Origin: Okamejei kenojei
Taxonomy: Eukaryota
Reading direction: 5' to 3'
DNA: 64,000 bases
Assembly (NCBI GenBank): GCA_035221665.1
Contig: CM069163.1
Location: 23,870,001-23,934,000 of the forward strand
Program-made: the position numbers and the translations under genes
The notes under the pieces: model-generated
What the model was told of the DNA's origin: nothing
The model's database searches: none
The model's input: the letters and a program-made list of their open reading frames with translations, nothing else
Part shown: one piece after another, positions 25,101-35,649 of the stretch
Layout: each line of letters starts with the position of its first letter
Position numbering within the stretch: position 1 is the stretch's first letter

Positions 25101-28100
25101 CCGTGTGGGTTTACTCTGAGATCTTTGGTTTCCTCCCACATTCCAAAGACGTACAGGTTTTTGGTTGATTGGCTTGGTATAAATGTGAATTGTCCCTAGT
25201 GTGCGGGGATCGCTGGTCGGTGCGGATTCGGCAGGCCGAAGGGCCTGTTTCCTAAACCTATCTCTAAACTAATCCTAATTTTAAGCACCCATTGTACTCT
25301 GCTTTAAAATGTTGTCGAAGAAGGAACGGTCTTTCAGTTCTCAGCACTCACCTGAACAGAACCAGATGAGGTCTCTCCTGATGAACACGGAGAGTTGCAG
25401 CACTCCGTGTGATGCTGAGCACAGCAATACAAAGTAAGGCCCCAAGATCATCTGCAGGCGGATCTCCCATTCTCTCCTTTGCAAAGGGGGGTGGGGGAAG
25501 GGGAGGGAATGAAATTAGGTCATTCAAGGCATGATCCTGAAAGGTGTCTGCTAAGACATTAAAAAAATACAGAAACTTGGCTGTTAACACCACCCCTGGG
25601 TCCATCGGACGATCCACTCCAGAGACCCATTCTCTCTTGGAATAGAATCCCGAGTTTGAACACCCTTTTCCATCCCACGATCAGAAGCTGCCTCAATAGC
25701 TCGGCCGTGGAGGGAGAGCAATTAGCTGCAGTACCTTCAGGGTTGAAGGTAGTCTAGACTAGACAAAGAGACCACCTGATTTGAGGGTACACAAAAGGCT
25801 GGAGAAACTCAGTGGGTGCAGCAGCATCTAAGAAGCGAATGAGATAGGGTCTGAAGAAGGGTTTTGGCCCAAAACGTTGCCTATCTCTTTCGCTCCTTAG
25901 ATGCTGCTGCACCCGCTGAGTTTCTCCAGCCTTTTGTGTACCCTCGACTTTCCAGCATCTGCAGTTCCTTCTTTACCACCTGATTTGATGCTGCACCAGT
26001 TTGGGATGAGAGAAGTATATTATGGGACAAGCTTTTTTTTTTTGGAGGGGTTTGGAGGCAAGGGGAGGGTACAAGAGGAATCGATTGAGAACCTGCAAGA
26101 CACTGGATAATGCCGTGATATTCTGTTGCTATTACTTGTCTGGGATTCCTTCCTGAGTACCGATGACATACAGGTCATGTATGGATTGAGCGTCGGAGGG
26201 CAGCAGCAGATCCTCCAGTGAATCCGGAAACTCCTGGGAAAGAGTGGAAACAGCACCGGTTAGAACAGGCTTGCTTCCACCGTGATCGGTGGGAAGAAGA
26301 ACAAGCTTTCGTTAGCACAGTACAATGTTTTTTTTCCTTCAGACATCCCAAAGTACCATGCAGGGAATTCAATATTATTTTACTCGGATTCACCCAGCGT
26401 GGAAACAGGCCCTTCTGCCCAAGCCAACTAAAACGGCCAATCCAAACTGGTCCCATTTGCCGCCAGCTGCCCTATATATCCCTCTAAATCTTTCCTATCT
26501 AAACCTTTCCTAGGGCGTATTTTATTATTTAATGTGTGCATGTGCTCTACAATCAGCTGGTAGAGGTGGCACTGAAATGCATTCAGGACCAGATCTCCAA
26601 CTGCTTTACTTATTCCTGCCACTGGATTGTAAATTGCCATGTGTTAGACACTTGCTCACAGCTGTGCAGCTGTGGCCAAGTGTCTAACACATGGCAATTT
26701 AAATGGCTTGTACACGTAAAGCAGAGAGATCACGCTGGGCCTAAATACCAAACCTAAACACAAAAGAGGCCAACTGATTTGGTCTTAATGCTATTCTATA
26801 TTCAAACTGAAAATTCCGCTTCATGGAGGTTTTGTCCCGGCTCTGTTTCCCATGGTTAGTTGCTCACCTTCTTGCCTTGCGTGTTCCAAGTGGCAATATA
26901 CACTTGCATCATTTTGTTAGGAAAATAACGGTGCAATTCACTGGCCCCCAAAAGTGATCCGCCAGCCAGGAGATTACTGTCCATGTAACTCCTGTCGAGA
27001 CACAGAGGCAGATGTTACAGTGCAGGCATGGTATAACAGTCACTAGAACTCGCTATGTTGTTTGCCCTTTTAGCAAAAATCTCCGAGCTAGCTGTCTTTC
27101 CTGCATACCATTTGCCCTGCCATATCATTGTCTTCATCTACCTTACACTTTGATCCCAGAGCAGTGCAGTCTGTCAGTGGCATCGTGCTTTCTTCTGCGA
27201 CTGTGTATAAAGCCCAAACATAGAAAAAGGCACGGAGGCGACGGAAGAAGAGCTCTACGTCGTGGCGGACCCGGAACTCGTTGAGGTGGGGGCGAGGGGA
27301 ATGAAGGAGAGGCTTCTGTTGAGAACAGACCTTTCCGTATCAGAAAGGGGGCGTCAGGGGAGGATTGTGAAGACACGACAAGGGTGGGGGAGTGGACAAA
27401 GGACGAGGCGAGATCTGGTGGGGGGGATGGTGGGTGTTCAGAGAGGAGCGGGGCATGAGGGCTATTGTATGGGTGGGGTGTAGTCGGGGTAACCTGGTTA
27501 AAAAAGGGGAAGGGGAAGACCCATCACTACTGAGGTTCCCTGTAGGAGGGGGAAGGGGGGGAGCAATAGGGCCCCAGCAAAAGTTAGACCACGTGGTGCT
27601 GGAGTCTGCATTGTGGAGGCTGTGAGCCTGGTGCTGAGCCTGGAACTCTGGCGAGGCCCGCTGGTGGGCGGCCCCGGGGAGACAATGAGTGTCGGCAGCC
27701 GCGACGGTTTCAGCAGTCCAGGACTGGGTTCGGCCGGGAAGGCAGAGAGGCGGTGGATGTTGGTGCTGCTCCTTGTGGTGGCAATCTCGGCATCGTGGTT
27801 GTCGGGCAGTCCAGCGGTGGAGCCCCGGACCTACGGGTGGTCGAGTCAAGGAGTGTTGGTGGAAGAAGTGGTCTGGAGACGGGCAAGCGTGATCCCTGCT
27901 AGAGTCGAGGTTAGTGAGGAAGCATTTGTTTTGGGCGTGGATCAGTGATTGAATGAAGTACAGTTGGGGTCCATTGCAGGTGTGGGTGAGTGAGGCTCGG
28001 AGCAGCGGGAGAGTCAGAGCGAGGGCCTGCAGGTGCCGGCGCATTGCAGCATCTGCAAAGCCACTTTCAGTACCTGGATCAAAAAAACCTTGGTTTGTGC

Positions 28101-31100
28101 AGACATGATTCTACTTCCTCATAACTGATAATTATTTTGATCAGGACAAACCTATGGGCCTTCTAGGGTTTGGATGGGGGGGTGCAGAGGGTGGAATGGG
28201 CTGATGAGAGTAGGGGTCGTGATGGTGATTAAGGAGTCCCACAGGACTCACTGGGACATGATGAGCCAGTTTTAAAGCAAGGAAATAATGCTGAGGCTTT
28301 ATAAGGCGCTGGTGAAGCCACATTTGGAATATTGTGAGCAGTTTTGGACGCCATAATTGAAGAAGGATGTGCTGGCGTTGAGGTGTTTAACATAGAAAAT
28401 AGGTGCAGGAGTAGGCCATTCGGCCCTTCAAGCCAGCACCAACCATTCATTGTGATCATCCCCAATCAATAATCCGTGCCTGCCTTCTCCCCATATCCCT
28501 TGATTCCACTAGCCCCTAGAGCTCTATCTAACTCTTAAATCCATCTTGTGATTTGGCCTCCACTGCCCTCTGTGGCAGAGAATTCCTCAAATTCACAACT
28601 CTCTGGGGGGAAAAATTGTTTTCTCACCTCAGTCTTAAATGGCCTCCCCTTAATCTAAGACTGTGGCCCCTGGTTCTGGACTCGCCCAACATTGGGAACA
28701 TTTTTCCTGCATCCAGCTTGTCCGGTCCTTTTATAATTTTATATGTTTCTATAAGTTCCCCCCCCATTCTTCTAAACTCCAGTGAATACAAGCCTAGTCT
28801 TTTCAATCTTTCCTCATATGACAATTTCACAACTCTCTGGGTGAAAAGGTTTTTTTCCTTATCTCAGTCCTAAAAAGCCTACCCCTTATTCATTAATTGT
28901 GATCCCTGGTTCTGGACTCCCCCAACATCGGGAACATTTTTCCTGCATCTACCCTGTCCTCTCCGCTTTTTATATTTTTCTATGATCCCCTCTCATCCTT
29001 CTATTCCAGTGAATACAAGACCAGTCGACTCATTCTTTCATCATGTCAGTCCCCCCAAAAATTTGTTTCATTTTATATTTAAAGATACAGCCTGGAAACA
29101 GGCCCTTTGGCTCACCGAGTCTGCGCCGACCAGTGATCACCCATACACTATTTCTATATGATCCCAGTGTTGCTTCCTACACACTTGGGGGCAATTTACA
29201 GAAGCCAATTAATCTACAAACATGCATGTCTTTGGCATGTGGGATGAAACCGGACGCCCGGAGAAAACACAGGGTCACAGGGAAAACATACAAATTGTAT
29301 ACAAACTACACCAGTAGTCAGGATCGAACCCGGTTCTGTGGCGCTGTAAGGCAACAGCTCTACCACTGATCCACTGTGCCAAGATGGTCCAGAGCAGTTT
29401 TACGAGAATGACCCAGAAGATGATTGGATTAACATGTGGGGAGTTTTTGATGTCTCCGGGCCTGTACTCGGGTGGAGTTTAAAAGGATGAGGGGGAAGGG
29501 GGGGCGGCGGCTTATTGAAACCTACCGGATAATGAAAGGCCCAGAGTGGACGTGGAAAGGATGTTTCCAGTAATGGGAGAGTTTAGAACCAGAGGACACA
29601 GCCTCAGAAGAAAAAGACGTGCCTTCACAATGGAATGAGCTGCTGGAAGAGGTAGTTGGGGCAGAAACTATACCAACATTTAAAAGACATTTGGACAGGT
29701 ACGAGGAGAGAAAAGGTTTAAGGGGATTTGGGCCAAAAGCAAGCAGGTGGGACTAGTGCTGATGTGACATCTTGTGCAGATTTGGTCCGAAGGGCCTGTT
29801 TTCATGTTGTATGTTGAATGCGTTTGAGAGGGAAAAATAGATGAGCCATGTTTGAATGGTGGAGTAGACTCGATGGGCCAAATGGCTAAATTTTGCTCCT
29901 ATGTCTTATGGTCAAAGGACAGAGCACCAGCAAAATTATAGAATAAAATGACACAATAAACAGAAGTCCAGAGGTAAACTGAATGCACAGTGAACCAAGA
30001 AATATTAATGCCAATTTATAGACAGTAAACTTCCACCATGAGCACCTTATCTTAGAGAGTAAACATTGCTGACAACCCAAGATAGACCATGCATGCGCCA
30101 GTCTAACAACTCTATAACGATAAAATGGCGTAGCAGTGTTGCAGTCCTCTGCCCAGGTGGATAAACCTAGGTCTAAGGTACTCAAGTCGCTGCAGCGTGA
30201 TGCAAGCCTCCAAGGTGAGAATGTAACCAATTAAGCTAAAATGGACACATTGAATTCTGTAGACAATTTGCAGAGGATTTAATGCAAAATAATTTGCAAA
30301 CTTGCCCACCTTAGTTGTGGAGATATTCTTACCTGCTCCGAAGATCTTCTGAAAGGATGGGAACCATGACACTGCTTGAAGAAGTCATGGAAATAGAGGA
30401 TTGACTGTCCTCGGTGCCTTGAGATGGGCTAAGAAAATGGTTTTGCTGGTTTGACTGCACCTTCCCAGCCGCTTGAATGTAATCCACATAATCCAGGTCG
30501 ATCCGATTACTGGTCCTTAGTGCTGACGACTCTATATTAACAGCAATGGGAGGGAGCAGCTTGGTGTGCACCACTGGGGGCAGCTTCCTCCTGCCCGATG
30601 CCACTGGTTTATCAATGGCAGATTCTTTGGGCTCGGAATCCAGGTGGGGAGGTCTGTTCCAGAACTCTGTCATGCTGCCGGCTGACCTGCTGATCTCACA
30701 GTCTCGCAGGCTGCCGCTGCTGCTGCTGCTGCTGCTGCTGCTACCCCGAGACAAGAGCTTCTGGGAAGCCGCTGCAGACCTCCCCTTGAGACCCAGCAAG
30801 GGGGAGCCCGAGAAATCTCCGTAGTGGGAGCCGCACGACGAGTCAGTGTCCACTGCTTCCGAAGAGCTCTCCTGGCTGCTCCTGACCTTTGCTCTCCGGT
30901 TGACCTTCATGCTCTCCAGCGAGTGCAGGCGGAGCAGCCGGCTCTGCCGCGGAGGCTTCGGTTTCACCGGTGGTCGAGGGATTAAAGGCACCTCCAGTCC
31001 TTGCACCCCATGGCCCAACTCTTCCGAAGGGTACATCACAGTGTCACCAAGGAATGGGGTGGATCCCTCCATGTCCTCTGGGCAAACTCCGCTGTCCAAC

Positions 31101-31153
31101 TCAGTGATCAGGTTTGAGGTGCCGTGCACCAGCAGTTCCATCTGGTCACTCAT
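19050..31153 (-). CDS. INPP5E: Phosphatidylinositol polyphosphate 5-phosphatase type IV, complete, 10 coding exons, about 645 aa
   Basis: Motifs [25 protein letters not shown]; FDRDIY ciliary-targeting-type motif; CaaX end CSVS*; all GT-AG, frame continuous; start is the first ATG after an in-frame TAA at 31232-31234. Confidence 0.95.
19452..19588 (-). CDS. INPP5E: INPP5E coding exon 9
   Basis: DRIIYK...[10 protein letters not shown]...RPGKD. Confidence 0.95.
20351..20466 (-). CDS. INPP5E: INPP5E coding exon 8
   Basis: [20 protein letters not shown]...KRTPSYT. Confidence 0.95.
20828..20986 (-). CDS. INPP5E: INPP5E coding exon 7
   Basis: [19 protein letters not shown]. Confidence 0.95.
21305..21570 (-). 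mobile_element. CR1 LINE 3' end
   Basis: AGGCCATTCGGCCC...CATTCAATCATGGCTGATC 3'-UTR signature. Confidence 0.75.
22937..23044 (-). CDS. INPP5E: INPP5E coding exon 6
   Basis: [23 protein letters not shown]. Confidence 0.95.
23862..23981 (-). CDS. INPP5E: INPP5E coding exon 5
   Basis: [39 protein letters not shown]. Confidence 0.95.
24993..25272 (+). mobile_element. V-SINE/HE1-like SINE
   Basis: Homologous to 13349-13657. Confidence 0.8.
25352..25476 (-). CDS. INPP5E: INPP5E coding exon 4
   Basis: [18 protein letters not shown]...[11 protein letters not shown]. Confidence 0.95.
25785..25974. mobile_element. Penelope-end fold-back element
   Basis: Inverted arms around a CTGAAGAAGGG core; perfect 14-bp TSD ACCACCTGATTTGA at 25771-25784 and 25975-25988. 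Confidence 0.85.
26136..26233 (-). CDS. INPP5E: INPP5E coding exon 3
   Basis: [12 protein letters not shown]...[13 protein letters not shown]. Confidence 0.95.
26630..26701. repeat. 72-bp near-perfect inverted repeat
   Basis: 25-bp perfect arms, 2x2 internal loop, 8-bp inner stem. Confidence 0.9.
26868..26991 (-). CDS. INPP5E: INPP5E coding exon 2
   Basis: [24 protein letters not shown]...[10 protein letters not shown]. Confidence 0.95.
27228..28075 (-). mobile_element. Decayed Penelope-like element, N-terminal ORF region
   Basis: Frameshifted peptides MRRHLQAL...[27 protein letters not shown] and [18 protein letters not shown] resemble the pre-RT region of Neptune-type PLEs. Confidence 0.65.
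28260..29810. mobile_element. Nested cluster: old CR1 (+) split by a younger duplicated CR1 3' end (-, ~28388-29050) and a V-SINE (-, ~29085-29380)
   Basis: [17 protein letters not shown] at 28285-28350 resumes at ~29385; inner CR1 encodes [20 protein letters not shown]. Confidence 0.8.
30333..31153 (-). CDS. INPP5E: INPP5E coding exon 1 (Pro/Ser-rich N-terminus); exon probably begins at acceptor 31401
   Basis: Long ORF with [11 protein letters not shown]...SLE and [14 protein letters not shown]; ends AG|GTAAG in phase 2. Confidence 0.88.
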
Positions 31154-33271
31154 TCTCACATTACAGTGCGACTTTATATCAAGCAAAGTGTGTGCGGCTG
31201 GGAACCACCTGATGTTAATGCCTCTCCCAGGTTAGTAAAACACTTAGAGGTGCTCTGTTCCCACCGTCAGTGATCCTCTGTTCGGGCAGCCACATCCTAT
31301 GATTTGTGTGGAGGGACCAGGCGAGATCAACAGCATAAACAGGTGCAGTAGTGGAGTCCTGATTGGTTTCCAGAAGTTCCAGGGACGCCACACAACAGCA
31401 CCTAACGTAAAACAAACAGAACTGAGAACGTTTGGATTGGATGGCATTATATTTATTCATGTAATGTCTTTAAAAAAAGACCTTCTAACTCAGAAGTGAG
31501 AGCATTGAACCACAACTTCCATTTTGGTGATGGGCAAAGGATCCTAGCACATTTGGCAGAGGGGACACATGCCCATTGCTTGTGCAAATAAACATGAAGA
31601 ATGGGCATTAGATCAATAACGTAGATTTGATTGAGAGAAATTTTAATCTTTGTAAGTATAAAAATCAGAAACCGAGTCAAGAATGGACAAAAGATCTAGC
31701 AAGCAGATTCAGTTAGATCTCCCAAAAGCGAGCTTGGCAGATGAAACTCAGTGTTGTCACCAGTTGGTGCTGGTCGTGTGTAATACTGTGCTCCACCTTC
31801 TGTTGCCGTCCACTGGGAGAGTGTAACCAAGGGCTTCCCTTCTCTCACCTCACCTCACCAAATGGCACACTGTACAAGTGTGCGTAGTGGTGCCACTTCC
31901 AACTCCCAGACGCACCTTTCTCGCATCCGTCCAGCATCGCCGGAGTAGACATGAATGAAGGATATCACGAGGAGGTGCCCATCCGGGTGGGTTATTATGT
32001 ATTGCCATGAATGCCACCAGTGTGCCGTTTCTCGGGTGAACCGTTTCAGGATCTGTTGAGGAAAAAAACAACTAGAAAGTGTGCAGAGCAAATTGACCAG
32101 TAGCGAGGGACTTCCCCGATGTGAAAACATGAAAGAATCTGGAAATATTCACCTTGCCACAAAGGAGGCAAAAGACCGTTGAAAAAGAGGTGTTCAAAAT
32201 CATTAAGGGTTTTGACAGGGTAAATAAGGAGGAGCAATTTCCATTGGTAGGAGAGTTATGAGACAGAAAGTAGAAGAGGGGACTTAGTTATCATCTGCTG
32301 GCACTGCCTGTAAGCCTGGTGGTAGCACATTCAGATGGATACTTTTGGGGAACAATTTGCAGGACATGGAAGAGCAGAGAGTTGTAGGACAAACTGGATA
32401 ACTGGCACGAGCAATAATGGGCAGAATCGCTGCCTTCCATGCTGTCATGATAATTTTTAGAAAAAAACATTTATAGATAAAACTGCCATTTACACAGGAC
32501 TTTTTACAATCTCCACATTCCATATGCACGTTTTATTTCCAGTTTCAGGTAAATCACAGCCCCTGTGTCCTGTTCTCTCTTCCCAGCCACCACACACATC
32601 TGTTCCCAGCTCCTTATTGCTCCATTTCTTTCCCACCCTCCACACCCACTCCATCTGCCCATCACCCACACACTCCTCCCGCCCTACATAATGAAAGATG
32701 AAAATAGATGACCAAAAGCTTGCTCTAAAATCTGAATGCAGAGCAGTTTGGAAAGGAACTTCCAGAACTCGGGCGTTAGGAACATGGAGAGCTCATTATG
32801 GGGCATATAAAACTGGGGCATGCATAAACTGGGTAACAGAGGTGATATCAGAGCTTCAGTCAGATCTTATATTTTCAAGTCTCTCTATCTTGAGTTGCTT
32901 AAGAGGCACTTTTTGGGAATATGTTTTTGCCTTGAGGCTTGGAGCAACATTTAATACATTCTTGTAAATGGGAAAGAATGAGTCACTGAAAGCATTTGAA
33001 TACTAAATAATTCTGTAACAATTGTGTCCCCGGGAACCAGATTTGATCAACAAACACAGCGGTATTGAGTGACGAGGAGCTGGTAAGAGTTGGGGTATAG
33101 GCACCCAAGTTTTGGATGAGTTGAGGGTGAATGATTAGAGCCTAACCAGGAGACAGATTTGGACCCTTTCAGTTCGGCATCCCTCAGGGCTAAATCAGCT
33201 TAGCGATTTCTCGTCAAGAATCCAGGCTTGGTCCTATTTACCCGTGACCACCTCCCTTAACCCGCATCTAT

Positions 33272-33649
33272 CCCAAACCCTGTATCCACGACAGACCTCC
33301 CTCACCTGTAATCCACTTCTGACCCCTCTGTATCCACGACAGACCCTCATCTGTAATCCACTAAGTAAGTAAGTTTATTGGCCAAGTATTCACATACAAG
33401 GCAAATTCCCAAACCCTGTATCCACGACAGACCTCCCTCACCTGTAATCCACTTCTGACCCCTAAGTAAGTAAGTTTATTGGCCAAGTATTCACATACAA
33501 GGCAAATTCCCAAACCCTGTATCCACGACAGACCTCCCTCACCTGTAATCCACTTCTGACCCCTAAGTAAGTAAGTTTATTGGCCAAGTATTCACATACA
33601 AGGCAAATTCCTTGCATGTGAATACTTGGCCAATAAACTTACTTACTTA
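33272..33649. repeat. 101-bp tandem repeat (~3 units) ending in a 40-bp-stem hairpin
   Basis: TAAGTAAGTAAGTTTATTGG at 33362, 33463 and 33564; inverted copy 33610-33649. Confidence 0.9.
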
Positions 33650-33669
33650 TTACCTGTATCTACCTGTAT

Positions 33670-33697
33670 CTGAAGAAGGGTCTCGACCCGAAACGTC
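33670..33697 (+). ncRNA. Minimal hammerhead-like motif of a Penelope terminal repeat
   Basis: CUGAAGA-A-GGGU(CUCG)ACCC-GAAAC-GUC; stem I poorly formed in this copy. Confidence 0.5.
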
Positions 33698-34061
33698 GCC
33701 TATCTCCTTCGCTCCTTAGACGCTGCCTCACCCGCTGAGTTTCTCCAGCCTTTGTGTCCCCCCCTCGACCGCAGACCTCCCCCTTTACCCGTATCCACCT
33801 GAAATCCCTTCTCACCGCCACATTCCAGACACCGTCCCACCCCCGCCTCTTTTCCAGCTTTCTCTTCCCTACGACATTCAGTCTGATGAGCGGTCTGTCG
33901 GCCTGTGCGCATATCTGTCGCCCACCACAGACGCTGCCTGGCTCTCTGTCTCCTGCCTGGCGCCGTGTCCCCCGCGGAGGGAGGCTGCCCTCAGCCCCGG
34001 AGAGGGGAAGCGGGACGACGGGGAACCACCTCTACCCGCTCCCACCCGACCCACCACCTAC

Positions 34062-34173
34062 CTCACTCGCCGGCCCCGCTCCCGAAAGCCGGAGCCATGA
34101 AACAAGCGGCGGCCCCTAGCAACACGGAGCGGCGCGGGGCACGGCGGTCACGTGGAGGACCGGCCCGGAGGAC
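34062..34173 (-). promoter_or_regulatory. Putative INPP5E promoter / first non-coding exon in a CpG island
   Basis: CpG-rich ~33900-34300; GAG|GTAGGT donor at 34061; X-box-like CCTAGCAAC 34115-34123; E-box GTCACGTG 34147-34154. Confidence 0.55.
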
Positions 34174-34566
34174 CAAAGATCCTACCGCGGACGGAGCAAG
34201 GTAGACCACGCCTGCTAAACGCAACGTGCTGACGTGTGCTACGCAACGGAGCGGGGCGTGGGCCTGTATTTCATCCATTTTAGTAACCCGACCCGCAGCG
34301 TGATCAACGTGGGGGGGGGGGGGGGACAGTTTGTGTTAATAAATTATAATTCTGAAAATGAGGAGAAGATTTTTACCAAATAACTTTTTATTTTTACGAG
34401 GATGTTTCCGTAACCGGCTTCCGTCTCCACGCTAGTATCTTTGCTCCGCTACGGAATCTTTGGTGCGGAGACGGAAGCCGGTTACGGAAATGGGGCCGGA
34501 AATGCCCATGACCGTACCACGTCTATTTCGTCGAGTGATCGATCTTGCTCCGCCATAGGATCTTTG
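34174..34566. mobile_element. Non-autonomous DNA transposon (MITE, possibly hAT) abutting the INPP5E promoter
   Basis: Imperfect ~30-bp TIRs CAAAGATCCTA...CGGAGCAAG; degenerate 8-bp flanks CGGAGGAC / TGGAGGAG; internal 24-bp inverted repeat. Confidence 0.75.
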
Positions 34567-34696
34567 TGGAGGAGAGCGGCTCGGTGCGCGGTGCAGTCAT
34601 GGATGCTGGAGGACCCAGTGCAGCCTAGGGCAGTCATATGCGTTGAGGTTTATTATTGCCCTGTGTACTGAGGTACAGTGAGAATCTGAAGTGTGA

Positions 34697-35648
34697 AACA
34701 TAGAAAATAGGTGCAGGAGGAGGCCATTCGGCCCTTCGAGCCAGCACCGCCATTCAATGTGATCATGGCTGATCGTCCGCTATCAATAACCCGTGCCTGC
34801 CTTCTCCCCATATCCCGTGACTCCACTAGCCCATAGAGCTCTATCCAACTCTCTCTTAAATCCATCCAGTGATTTGGCCTCCACTGCCCTCTGTGGCAGG
34901 GAAGTCCGTGCAGAGAGTGGTGAGGACAGCGGAAAAAATCATCGGGACTTCTCTCCCCTCAATCGGGGATATTGCGACCAAAGGTTGCGTGTCTAAGGCC
35001 AGCAGTATTATAAAAGACCCCACACATCTCCATCACGGACTGTTCACTCTGCTGCCCTCGGGCAAAAGGTATTGTAGCATAAGGGAGCAGAACATCAAGG
35101 TTCTGCAACAGCTTCTTCCCACGAGCCATCAGACTCCTGAATGCCATGTAATGGACTGCCACCATTGTCTATTTATCCTTTTATCCTGTTAATTATCGTG
35201 TTGCACGGGGAGCCAAATGCAACGGCATCTCGTTTGGAGTTTCATATATCGATGTATTTCTAAATGACAATAAAGTTTGTTTGACTTTGACTTTGAATTC
35301 CATAAATTCACAACTCTGGGTAAAAAGGTTTTTTCTCAGCTCAGTCTTAAATGACCTCCCCTTTATTCTAAGACTGTGGTCCCTGGTTCTGGACTCACCC
35401 AACATTGGGAACATTTTTCCTGCATCTAGCTTGTCCAGTCCTTTTATAATTTTATATGTTTCTATAAGATCCCCCTCATTCTTCTAAACTCCAGTGAATA
35501 CAGGCCTAGTCTTTTCAATCTTTCCTCATATGACAGTCCCGCCATCCCAGGGATCAATCTCGTGAACCTACGCTGCACTACCTCAATCACAAGGATGTCC
35601 TACCTCAAATTAGGAGACCAAAACTGTACACAATACTCCAGATGTGGG
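34697..35648 (-). mobile_element. CR1 LINE 3' fragment interrupted by a Rex/Babar insertion
   Basis: CR1 breaks at GGCAGGGAA (34903) and resumes at GAATTCC (35295). Confidence 0.85.
34904..35294 (+). mobile_element. Rex1/Babar-type LINE 3' fragment
   Basis: VQRVVRTAEKIIGTSLPSI...IIKDPTH...FTLLPSGKRY; (TTTGAC)n tail. Confidence 0.8.
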
Positions 35649-35649
35649 T

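Noticed and set aside
30546-31235. Plus-strand ORFs of 92 and 129 aa
   Set aside because: Antisense shadows of INPP5E coding exon 1.
33272-33649. CRISPR-like regularly spaced repeats
   Set aside because: The spacers are identical, the DNA is eukaryotic and there are no cas genes; it is a tandem duplication.
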